From assembly GCF_000025945.1 (NCBI RefSeq), contig NC_006138.1, forward strand, positions 1,980,001-2,012,000: a DNA stretch of 32,000 nucleotides, read 5' to 3'. The position numbers were made by a program, and so were the translations under genes. The number at the start of each line of letters is the position of its first letter. Within the stretch, counting starts at the first letter, position 1. This DNA comes from Desulfotalea psychrophila LSv54. GTDB lineage: Bacteria; Desulfobacterota; Desulfobulbia; Desulfobulbales; Desulfocapsaceae. Positions 1 to 7,835 of this stretch are shown in pieces. The notes beneath the pieces were generated by a model. That model worked only from the letters and a program-made list of their open reading frames with translations, searched no databases and was not told where the DNA came from.

Positions 1-1112
1 GGCAAATTTCCTTCTCTTTTTGGTTTTTCTTTTTGGGTGGAGGGCTCTTTTATGGTCTCCTCAGTCTTCTCGGTTATTCACTGCCCGCCTCGGAACTGGG
101 GGTAACCTTTGGCCCCACCATTACCCGGCCTGAAGAGATGCAGATGCTCGGAGCCTATGGAGTCTTTTTCTTCTCTCTGGTTTGGTTGGCCCGCTATCAT
201 CTGCTGGATGTGACCCGTAGGTCTATCCTCTGGCAGAAGGCAGACAGTCCCGGGCCCGAGTGGCTCGATGTCAGGATTAGTTTCTGGGGTGCCATCATTG
301 GCACAATAGCCCTTGTTTGTTGGTATGTATACTATGGCACTGCGCCCTTGGTTGCCGTTCTTCTTGTTTTCTCTTTTTTCATGATAACTATCGTTGCTAC
401 CCGTGTTATTTGTCAGGGAGGCCTTGCCTATTTCACCCTGACAGCTGCTCCCATGGATGGCCTGATAGCCTTTTTGGGGCCTAAGTTTTTTACAGGGATA
501 AACGCTCTCATTGCCGGTATCAGTCAAAAGGTGCTCTTTGTTGATCTGCGCGAATCGCTGATGCCCTCTCTTCTGCAAGCGGCCAGGGTGCAGCGAAGCA
601 ATTGGCCCCGTGGGCTTCTCTTCTCCTCAATTCTTCTAACCATTGTTCTCTCTCTCTTTACCTCCTGCCTTGCCATGCTCACCCTCTGCTATCGTTTTGG
701 TATCCGAGAGCTGCAACAGGATTGGGCCGCCACCACCAGTATTGCTGTCTATGAAAATATTTCCCGCCTGATGAATACTCCGCCGGAGACCGGGAGCTGG
801 GTCTTTGGTTTTACCATGATGGGGGCGGTGGTTATGTTACTGCTCGTTGTCTGCTATCAGCGTCTGCACTGGTGGCCCCTTCATCCCCTCGGTTATCTCA
901 CTGTTTATAGTTCGGCGATGCGTATTCTCTGGTTGAGCTTTTTTCTTGGCTGGTTATGCAATGCGCTCTGTATGCGCTACGGTGGAGTACGTCTCTTTAA
1001 AAAACTCCAGTTCTTTTTTATTGGTTTGATTATAGGTGACTTTAGCATGGGTGGTATTTGGGCCATTATCGGTCTCTTTACCCGTATGAGTTATCAGGTC
1101 CTGCCAAACTAA
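1..1112 (+). CDS. Polytopic integral membrane protein, 5'-truncated by the window edge (OPT-superfamily-like / DUF6784-6785-like, uncharacterised)
   Basis: The frame of ORF 33..1112 stays open back to nt 3 (QISFSFWFFFLGGG...), so the gene starts upstream of the window. It has many hydrophobic helices. The C-terminus (CMRYGGVRLFKKLQFFFIGLIIGDFSMGG) resembles the C-terminus of the next ORF (LGRYFFLKKYGPMWRQYAPVLLAGFSCGMG), which suggests tandem paralogues. The family name is recalled from memory and was not searched. Confidence 0.6.
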   Translation, partial: QISFSFWFFFLGGGLFYGLLSLLGYSLPASELGVTFGPTITRPEEMQMLGAYGVFFFSLVWLARYHLLDVTRRSILWQKADSPGPEWLDVRISFWGAIIGTIALVCWYVYYGTAPLVAVLLVFSFFMITIVATRVICQGGLAYFTLTAAPMDGLIAFLGPKFFTGINALIAGISQKVLFVDLRESLMPSLLQAARVQRSNWPRGLLFSSILLTIVLSLFTSCLAMLTLCYRFGIRELQQDWAATTSIAVYENISRLMNTPPETGSWVFGFTMMGAVVMLLLVVCYQRLHWWPLHPLGYLTVYSSAMRILWLSFFLGWLCNALCMRYGGVRLFKKLQFFFIGLIIGDFSMGGIWAIIGLFTRMSYQVLPN

Positions 1113-1169
1113 GTTTTCGAGCCACCCTTTAGGGATAATGAAAGCCAGCAACCTCTTCTTTGGAAAATT

Positions 1170-3134
1170 ATGTACGATGATAAAGAGCTAAAAGAATATA
1201 GGGACCTGCTCCCGACTCCTACTCATTTTGAGGAGGGATTTGATTGGAAAACCATTATAGGCGCTGTTTTTATTGGTTTTTTGATGATGCCGGGATCCAT
1301 GTATCTGCAGTTGGTTATTGGCCAGGGTATTGGCCCTGCCGCCCGTTGGGTGACCATTATTCTTTTTGCTGAGATTGCCAAGAGGGCCCATTCGGAGCTT
1401 AAACAGCAGGAAATATTTTTGCTCTACTATATGGCAGGTGCAGCCCTTGCCTCGCCATTTTCCGGTCTTCTCTGGAACCAGTATCTGGTCCAGTCCGATG
1501 CCGCCAGGATGCTTGGGGTTACCGAATTCATCCCTGCCTGGATAGCTCCTTCTCCGGAATCAGAGTCCATGTTGGAGAGGACTTTTTTTCATCGAGACTG
1601 GATGATTCCCATCCTTCTCCTGGTGGGTTCCCAGATCATCCAGCGTATCGATCATTTTGGCTTGGGTTATGCCCTCTATAGAATCACCTCAGATGTGGAA
1701 AAACTTCCATTTCCCATGGCTCCGGTGGCGGCTCTTGGCACCATGGCCCTGGCTGAATCGGCCGAGGAGAAGGAGGGGAAGGGGAGTTGGAAGTGGAAGG
1801 TCTTTTCCATAGGGGCGGTCATAGGTCTGGGCTTTGGTGCCATCTATGTTGTTCTACCCATCGTCTCGGGACTCATCTTTACTGAACAGATCCGCCTCAT
1901 CCCCATTCCCTGGATTGAGTATACCCGCTATACCGAAGACATTCTGCCCGCTGTGGCCACCGGTCTCCAACTTGATCTTGGTCTGGTCTTTATCGGCATG
2001 GTACTGCCATTTTGGGCTGTTATTGGTGGCTTGGTGGGTCTGCTCATCACCTTTGCCCTCAACCCCATCCTCTATTCGGCAGGAGTTTTGACCCGTTGGC
2101 ATCCCGGCATGGGGACCGTTGATACGGTCTTTGCCAATAATTTTGACTTTTATATGAGCTTTGGCATTGGTCTCGGCCTTGCCATTGCCGCCATCGGTAT
2201 CTGGTCTGTTGCCCGCTCCCTAAAGGGCAGCAAGGGGCAGATGGGGACTCTCCATGATCTCTTTCATCCGCCCCCCGGGCGTGGTGATTTTAATTTTTGG
2301 ATATCCATTGCCATTTACGTATTTTCAACCCTTGCCTATATTGGTCTCTGTATCTTTTTGGTACCATCCTTTCCCTGGATGTTCTTCCTCTGCTATGGAT
2401 TTATCTACACTCCGATAATTTCATATATTACGGCGAGGATGGAGGGTATTGCCGGTCAGTTTGTCAGTCTGCCTCTGGTTCGGGAGGCAAGCTTTATTGC
2501 CGGGGCCAAGTTCTTTGGCTATCAGGGCATTGAAATTTGGTATGCTCCCATTCCTATTCACAATTATGGCGAGGCAACGGTGCAGTTCCGGCAAATAGAG
2601 CTGACCGGTACCTCGCTTCGAGGAATTATTAAGGCAGAGTTCCTCGTTCTGCCCATTGTTCTTACAGCCAGTCTGCTCTTCTCCCAATTTATCTGGCAAC
2701 TGGCCCCCATTCCCTCTGCCAGCTACCCCTTTGCCCAGGAGCTTTGGCATCTTCAGGCCCTCAACACCCTGCTTATGCAGACATCTACCCTGGAGGGCAA
2801 TTCCGTTTTTTATCAGGCCCTTAACAGCGGCACTGTTTTTTCAGGGCTTGGCTTTGGTCTGTTGATGTATATGGTCCTCAGCTTTTTTGGTTTGCCCGTC
2901 CTCCTTATTTATGGAGTGGTGCGTGGTCTTGGCCAATCGACCCCCCATGGCCTTGTCCTTGAGGTCTTAGGGGCCCTGTTGGGCAGGTATTTTTTTCTTA
3001 AGAAATATGGCCCCATGTGGCGGCAATATGCACCGGTCCTGCTGGCGGGGTTTTCCTGTGGTATGGGCCTCAGCGGTATGTTTGCCATGGGCTTTGCCCT
3101 GATCATGAAGTCGCTTAGCCATATGGCCTTTTGA
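1170..3134 (+). CDS. Polytopic integral membrane protein (OPT-like transporter-type fold, uncharacterised), paralogue of the upstream gene
   Basis: 654-aa ORF with more than 12 hydrophobic segments, starting 57 nt after the previous stop. The N-terminal FDWKTIIGAVFIGFLMMPGSMYLQLVIGQGIGPAARW resembles the first helix region of OPT-type oligopeptide transporters (pattern recalled). Confidence 0.75.
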   Translation: MYDDKELKEYRDLLPTPTHFEEGFDWKTIIGAVFIGFLMMPGSMYLQLVIGQGIGPAARWVTIILFAEIAKRAHSELKQQEIFLLYYMAGAALASPFSGLLWNQYLVQSDAARMLGVTEFIPAWIAPSPESESMLERTFFHRDWMIPILLLVGSQIIQRIDHFGLGYALYRITSDVEKLPFPMAPVAALGTMALAESAEEKEGKGSWKWKVFSIGAVIGLGFGAIYVVLPIVSGLIFTEQIRLIPIPWIEYTRYTEDILPAVATGLQLDLGLVFIGMVLPFWAVIGGLVGLLITFALNPILYSAGVLTRWHPGMGTVDTVFANNFDFYMSFGIGLGLAIAAIGIWSVARSLKGSKGQMGTLHDLFHPPPGRGDFNFWISIAIYVFSTLAYIGLCIFLVPSFPWMFFLCYGFIYTPIISYITARMEGIAGQFVSLPLVREASFIAGAKFFGYQGIEIWYAPIPIHNYGEATVQFRQIELTGTSLRGIIKAEFLVLPIVLTASLLFSQFIWQLAPIPSASYPFAQELWHLQALNTLLMQTSTLEGNSVFYQALNSGTVFSGLGFGLLMYMVLSFFGLPVLLIYGVVRGLGQSTPHGLVLEVLGALLGRYFFLKKYGPMWRQYAPVLLAGFSCGMGLSGMFAMGFALIMKSLSHMAF

Positions 3135-3244
3135 CTCTTTTCTGCTCATTGTCTTTTAAGGGTAAAGAGATTACCTTGATATAGGCAGTTAAGAACTACC
3201 GTCCCCAGAGCTTTCAGAGCTGTTTTTTTATCAGGAGGTTTATT

Positions 3245-3835
3245 ATGCAGAAAAAAAATATCTTTCTCTCCTTTTTCTCTCTAATTTTTGTCCTTGCCTT
3301 TGCTCAGACGGTCTTCTCAGAGGAAGTTCCCGAAAAGATTAGTGTTTTTTCGTTGGGAAGTTTGATCGCCTCCTATGAGTGTCCAATGTACAATAATTAT
3401 CTGAGCACCAAGGTAGTGCCCATGACTGGAGTTTTTCGTAAGGCAAGCCTCTATTCCGGTACCTGTAAGTCTCCCGGAGAAATACTTAAGATGAAGTTTA
3501 AGTACAGGGATAGGAGTCGGAAGTTTTTTAATGCCCTGCATGAAAAAATAGCTGAGCAATATGATCAAAAAGGTGTCTGGGAGGGAGATTCTTTTGGCAT
3601 TCTTTCCGTCTGGAAATGGCATTTTATCGATAAAGATGGGCAAAGTGTTTCCCTTGCCATCGAGTATAATGAAAAAAACACCGAACTGAGCATGGGTACG
3701 GTGATAAAACTTGCCTACCCTGTACGTATAGAGGAAGAGAAACTCTGCATTATTAAGAAGAATAAGATCGAAGTTGAGCGGAAAACCCTTCCCGATATAG
3801 AAGATCTCAACTGGCAGGAGTTACTTCCTCAATAA
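3245..3835 (+). CDS. Secreted/periplasmic hypothetical protein
   Basis: AGGAGG lies about 7 nt upstream of the ATG. Signal peptide MQKKNIFLSFFSLIFVLAFA/QT, with no lipobox Cys. No family recognised. Confidence 0.7.
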   Translation: MQKKNIFLSFFSLIFVLAFAQTVFSEEVPEKISVFSLGSLIASYECPMYNNYLSTKVVPMTGVFRKASLYSGTCKSPGEILKMKFKYRDRSRKFFNALHEKIAEQYDQKGVWEGDSFGILSVWKWHFIDKDGQSVSLAIEYNEKNTELSMGTVIKLAYPVRIEEEKLCIIKKNKIEVERKTLPDIEDLNWQELLPQ

Positions 3836-3836
3836 G

Positions 3837-4709
3837 ATGCTTTCTCCTCAAAAAAACGAGCAGGGGAATATTCTGCGAGCTGTTCACTGGAATGGGATAG
3901 CTCTTACCATTCCTTTGCAATGGGAGATTGTGGTGCAGGATAAGAATCGACTTATCTGTGAAGACCAGCTTCAGCCCGTTTTTGAGCTGCGCTGGTTTCG
4001 GCAGACAGATAAGGACCTTGACTATCAACGTCAATGTGAGCGGGTGGGGTATCAGGTTAAGTTTATTCCTCTTCCCCCCGGGCTGGAATCGCTTGCCCAG
4101 CGCTATCAGATTCGGGCCTTTAAGAAAAAAGAGTCCCCTCAGCTGGCCGGATTTTTTGCCTACTGTCCGCACTGTCAGACAGGTATCACTATCCAACTCT
4201 ATAAACATAATCTCTCTTCTCAGGAGGATATATTAGAGATATTAATGAGCATGGATTGTCATGGGGATGCTCGTGTCTGGGAAATTCAGGATTTTCGCTT
4301 TGCCCTGCCAGGCAAGAAAGATAGCCTCTGGCAATTAGAGAGGTATAGTTTTGCCCCTGCCCTTACTCATCTCCAATTCACCCGTGGGCCTCTTGGCCTT
4401 CATATCTGCCGAATAGCGGCCTCGGAGGAGAGACTTGCCGAGCAGGGTATTGATGAAATACTTGAGGTTCTCTGTGATAGAAAGGGCTTGCAGGTGGAGG
4501 AGGGCGAGGGTGGTCTGCGTGGTTGGCATGCACCTTCCATTTTTCAGCAGATAACTCTAAGGAGTCAGAGAAAAAAGCCCTTTATTGAGTCGAGAATACG
4601 GCATCTGCCGGAAAAAAACAGAATTCTGGTCTGCATGCTGGAGAGTAAAAAACCGATTGAGGTCTCTCTGGTGCAACAGATATGGCAAAGTTATGACATT
4701 GTTCTCTAG
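3837..4709 (+). CDS. Hypothetical soluble protein (290 aa)
   Basis: The ATG begins 1 nt after the TAA of the previous gene (taaGatg), indicating translational coupling. No TM segments. Contains a CPHC motif. No family recognised. Confidence 0.65.
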   Translation: MLSPQKNEQGNILRAVHWNGIALTIPLQWEIVVQDKNRLICEDQLQPVFELRWFRQTDKDLDYQRQCERVGYQVKFIPLPPGLESLAQRYQIRAFKKKESPQLAGFFAYCPHCQTGITIQLYKHNLSSQEDILEILMSMDCHGDARVWEIQDFRFALPGKKDSLWQLERYSFAPALTHLQFTRGPLGLHICRIAASEERLAEQGIDEILEVLCDRKGLQVEEGEGGLRGWHAPSIFQQITLRSQRKKPFIESRIRHLPEKNRILVCMLESKKPIEVSLVQQIWQSYDIVL

Positions 4710-5085
4710 AAAAAAACCGGCAGAGGTAATGCCTGCTATTACCCGTGAGGAGGCACTCGCCGGGATACCGGCAAAGAATCCCACCGTGAAAATCATTGGT
4801 CAGGATGATGGTACCTTGATGCTCTCCTACACCCTTGCCCTTCGGCCGATATGGGGAGAACTTCTCAAGCGTTTCACCGGAAAGGCGGAACAGGAGACCA
4901 CTAAAAAGCTGGTCCTTGATCAGATGGGTAGTCAGGTGTGGCAACTCATAGATGGCAAACGATCTGTTCGGGAAATAATTCTCTCCTTTGCCGGGGCAAA
5001 TAACATTGGCTGTAAGGAGGCTGAGACTGCTACTACCAGTTTCTTGCGTGAATTGGGAAAACGTAAGCTCATTGCCATTGGCTAG
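4693..5085 (+). CDS. PqqD-family / RRE-type peptide-binding protein
   Basis: The ORF track start at 4585 would overlap the previous gene by 125 nt. The ATG at 4693 (MTLFSRKK) overlaps by only 17 nt. LVLDQMGSQVWQLIDGKRSVREIILSFAG...AETATTSFLRELGKRKLI matches the PqqD winged-helix signature (LN-x-x-x-x-x-W-x-L-x-DG-x-x-S/T-V-x-EI ... D-V-x-x-F-L-x-x-L). Confidence 0.7.
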   Translation: MTLFSRKKPAEVMPAITREEALAGIPAKNPTVKIIGQDDGTLMLSYTLALRPIWGELLKRFTGKAEQETTKKLVLDQMGSQVWQLIDGKRSVREIILSFAGANNIGCKEAETATTSFLRELGKRKLIAIG

Positions 5086-5096
5086 GGTCCGTCCGT

Positions 5097-5906
5097 CTAG
5101 CCACCAATCCGTTTTTTTCCTAGTAGGCGTGTGGCTACTTTTTGTAGATCTTCCCAGGTGGGGCGTTTCATTTCATCATTTTTCAAGAGATAACTTGGAT
5201 GATAGGTTGCCAGTACGGGGATAGTCTGTCCCTTAAGTAGTTCAATCTGGTAAAACTTACCCCGTAAATGGGAAAGGGAGTGTGGTTTACCCAACACCTT
5301 TCTGGCGGCAAGGGTGCCCATTACACAGACCATCTCTGGTTGCAGTAGCTCTATTTGTCTGTGCAACAGGCGCAGGCAGGAATCGATATCTGCTGCCTCC
5401 GGGCGATCACCTACCCGTAGAGCACATTTGACCAGATTGGTAACAAAGACATTGGCTGCTGGTAATTTCATGGCGGCAAACATGCGGGCTAACATAAGAT
5501 CTTCTTCGGCCCCAAAAACAGCGGAGCGGAGAGTCTCATTGCCATCAATGCGCCAACCGCCTACAACCAACAGGCGTACCTGTTTGCCACCCTTACCAGC
5601 GACAAAGGCCTGTTGCCGGGTTTGCAGGCCACAGTTGGCACAGAGTTTCTTGAGATCGGTGCCCTCTGTCTTTGTGGGAGCAGGTTCTTTGACTACGGTT
5701 GCAATCGGGGTGACGGGTCGGTACTCTCTGGCCTTAGGGGGACGAGAGACAGCCTGTGGTGGAGGCGATGGGATGGTAGCAGGAGCCTCTGCCTGGTAGG
5801 CGAGGAAATCCTGCAGGCCTTCACGGTCCGGATACTCTTTGATGCCTAAAATTTCATGATATTGTAGCAGGTTGTATAGGTCTGTAATTATCTCTTTTTT
5901 ACTCAC
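5097..5906 (-). CDS. Uracil-DNA glycosylase superfamily protein, family-4-like (4Fe-4S type) with a Pro/Ala-rich N-terminal extension
   Basis: GTG start. The C-terminal ~180 aa carry FVTNLVKC, YHPSYLL and four Cys (CANC, VKC, DSC), as in family-4 UDGs. The expected GE(A/G)PG motif reads GGWRI. Confidence 0.75.
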   Translation of the reverse strand: MSKKEIITDLYNLLQYHEILGIKEYPDREGLQDFLAYQAEAPATIPSPPPQAVSRPPKAREYRPVTPIATVVKEPAPTKTEGTDLKKLCANCGLQTRQQAFVAGKGGKQVRLLVVGGWRIDGNETLRSAVFGAEEDLMLARMFAAMKLPAANVFVTNLVKCALRVGDRPEAADIDSCLRLLHRQIELLQPEMVCVMGTLAARKVLGKPHSLSHLRGKFYQIELLKGQTIPVLATYHPSYLLKNDEMKRPTWEDLQKVATRLLGKKRIGG

Positions 5907-5950
5907 TTTTCTCTTTCTCGTATAAAACTTTGTATTTTCACAGAGATCTA

Positions 5951-5979
5951 TTGCCCGACTCGTCTCTTCTCTCTATAAT
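5951..5979 (+). promoter_or_regulatory. Sigma-70-type promoter candidate (TTGCCC-17 nt-TATAAT) upstream of the zinc-ribbon ORF
   Basis: TTGCCC at 5951-5956, exact 17-nt spacer, consensus TATAAT at 5974-5979. Confidence 0.4.
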
Positions 5980-6036
5980 ACCTGTAATCAGGTGGTAAGT
6001 GGCTCATTAACAATAATAACTACATAATAAAATATT

Positions 6037-6477
6037 ATGTCTATTTCACAGTATAAATGTAACAGATGTCAGCGTCTTTTTGAACACGTAGAAAATCAAA
6101 AAGAGGAAGAAATTTAATGTGAAAAGTGCGGCTCAACGGAGGTGGAGAAGGTGTCTGCTATTGGCCTGAAGATGAGCGCTGCTGGTGACTGTCCGTTAAA
6201 TTCACCTTTTTTTGAGCTTGGTAAGGTACCCAGTTTGGGTGTCACTGTTATCTTGCTGCTTACTGGGAAAAATCATAGACTCTCTCATTTTTTTTCAATA
6301 GGCCCTGCTTTTCCCGAGCTACCTTTTCAATATATTCAGGATCATTTATTAAACGATCATTTTCTTTTTGAATTTGCTTGTTTTCAGCCTGCAAGTCAAT
6401 CGTTTTTTGCTGGATACTCTGCAGGTAATTCTTCTGCTTGCAGAGGGTATAGTAGCCTGTTTGAGGAGAGAAGATAA
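6037..6477 (+). pseudogene. FmdB-family CxxC..CxxC zinc-ribbon gene interrupted by an in-frame TAA (3' extent uncertain)
   Basis: ATG 6037 gives MSISQYKCNRCQRLFEHVENQKEEEI, then TAA at 6115-6117, then in the same frame CEKCGSTEVEKVSA... (track ORF 6142..6477). The CxxC-16-CxxC spacing and the xYxYxC start match the FmdB/TIGR02605 pattern. There is no SD in front of the ATG. The frame continues antisense into ftsB. Confidence 0.45.
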
Positions 6478-6571
6478 TCCATAGTAATGCAATGACAATT
6501 AAAACGATGGATATCTTGATGATGGTCAGCCGTTGTGCTGAGCTTAGTTTGGTGGAGATCTTTTTTTTCAT
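6260..6571 (-). CDS. ftsB: Septum formation initiator FtsB/DivIC family protein
   Basis: Single N-terminal TM followed by a coiled coil, LQAENKQIQKENDRLINDPEYIEKVAREKQGLLKKNERVY. Start taken at ATG 6571 (MKKKIS); the alternative ATG is at 6598. Confidence 0.8.
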   Translation of the reverse strand: MKKKISTKLSSAQRLTIIKISIVLIVIALLWIIFSPQTGYYTLCKQKNYLQSIQQKTIDLQAENKQIQKENDRLINDPEYIEKVAREKQGLLKKNERVYDFSQ

Positions 6572-6588
6572 AGTCGTAGGGAAAATAA

Positions 6589-6993
6589 ATGAAAACATAT
6601 CTTATAAGCGCTTGCCTGGTTGGTCTCTGTACTCGATACGATAACCAGTGTAAAAAATCTGCTGCCTGCATGGAGCTCTTACAGGATGCCATATGGATTC
6701 CCGTATGCCCAGAACAATTAGGCGGTCTTGCCACTCCGCGTTCCCGGGCGGATATTGTTGGCGGAGACGGCTCTGATGTGCTCGCTGGTAAGGCCCAGGT
6801 GCTCACAGCTACCGGGGTGGATATTACGGAGGCATTTATAAAGGGAGCATATCAGGTGCTCTCCATTCTTCAGCAGCAGAATATTGACGGCATCTTTTTT
6901 AAGGCAAAAAGTCCATCCTGTGGAGTTGTTAAAAAATTAGGAGTGACCGCTGCTCTCCTGCAGCAACACGGCTATCAACCGCAAGAATTTTGA
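6589..6993 (+). CDS. DUF523 family protein (TudS-like 4Fe-4S thiouracil desulfidase family)
   Basis: MKTYLISACLVGLCTRYDNQ, CPEQLGGLATPR and KAKSPSCG are motifs typical of DUF523. Confidence 0.8.
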   Translation: MKTYLISACLVGLCTRYDNQCKKSAACMELLQDAIWIPVCPEQLGGLATPRSRADIVGGDGSDVLAGKAQVLTATGVDITEAFIKGAYQVLSILQQQNIDGIFFKAKSPSCGVVKKLGVTAALLQQHGYQPQEF

Positions 6994-6998
6994 GGAGC

Positions 6999-7694
6999 CT
7001 AGCGAATTCTGAGAATTATCATGGTGATAATGCCGCCCTCATAGAGCAGATAGAGGGGCCCGCCCATAAGGAGCATGTTTACCACATCGGGCGTTGGGGT
7101 TAAAACGGCTGCGGCAACGGCAATGGCAAGCAGGGCATAGCGTCTGTTTTTCTCAAAAAATTTTCTGCTGACTACCTGGACCTTGGCCAGGAATATCATA
7201 AAAATAGGAAGTTCGAAGATAAGGCCAAAGGCAAGGACGAATATGGTGACAAAGTTGACAAAACGACCGACGGAAATAACGGGACGCAGTTCAGCAGAGC
7301 CGTATCCTAGAAGGAATTTGATGCCAAAGGGCAGGGTTATCAGGTAGCAGAACATTGTTCCCACATAAAAGAGCAGGCAGGTTGCCACGATAAAACAGTA
7401 GAGGGCAAGACCACTTACTCCAAATGGTTTAGCTATGGCCCGCCAGATAAAGGTCATAATGAGTGGCATCAGGACAAAAAGTGAGCCAAAGAGGGCCAGT
7501 TTAATATGGGCGAGAAATGGGCCTGCCACGGAAAAAAAGTAGAGCTCATCGGAGAGGTGCGCTTGCACCAGTTGGAGTAGTTCAGGACTGAGAAAAAAAA
7601 TCACTGCAGTACAGATAACTACTGAACTTACCAAAATCTTTACTGATTTACGCATTTCTTGTAAAAAAACAATAAGCGTTTGGTGCACAGCCAT
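6999..7694 (-). CDS. tatC: Twin-arginine translocase subunit TatC
   Basis: 231 aa with six hydrophobic helices. N-terminal LIVFLQEMRKSV matches the H-L-x-E-L-R-x-R type start, and C-terminal TPTPDVVNMLLMGGPLYLLYE is a TatC-typical P-D-x-x-x-Q/M region. Confidence 0.85.
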   Translation of the reverse strand: MAVHQTLIVFLQEMRKSVKILVSSVVICTAVIFFLSPELLQLVQAHLSDELYFFSVAGPFLAHIKLALFGSLFVLMPLIMTFIWRAIAKPFGVSGLALYCFIVATCLLFYVGTMFCYLITLPFGIKFLLGYGSAELRPVISVGRFVNFVTIFVLAFGLIFELPIFMIFLAKVQVVSRKFFEKNRRYALLAIAVAAAVLTPTPDVVNMLLMGGPLYLLYEGGIITMIILRIR

Positions 7695-7835
7695 AAACCT
7701 TTATCTCCAACAAAAGGGAAAAGAGTATAGATAGTGTGGGGAAATCCCTGGGGTAACGGCCCGGAGTGAAGTTGTCAGCCACCGTAAATAGGTGGCAAAA
7801 TAACAAAAATCTGGATGAAATGCAATTCGATAGAC

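Noticed and set aside
3195-3232. A possible terminator (cagagctttcagagctgttttttt) between the second membrane gene and the secreted-protein gene, which would split the five-gene operon.
   Set aside because: The sequence is a direct repeat (cagagct twice), with at most a 3-4-bp stem before the T7 run. That is too weak to call, although partial attenuation cannot be excluded.
4585-4692. The ORF-track start at 4585 extends the PqqD-like ORF upstream.
   Set aside because: It would overlap the preceding gene by 125 nt, and the extra 36 residues (MSREYGICRKKTEFWSACWRVKNRLRSLWCNRYGKV) look like out-of-frame noise. The ATG at 4693 is preferred.
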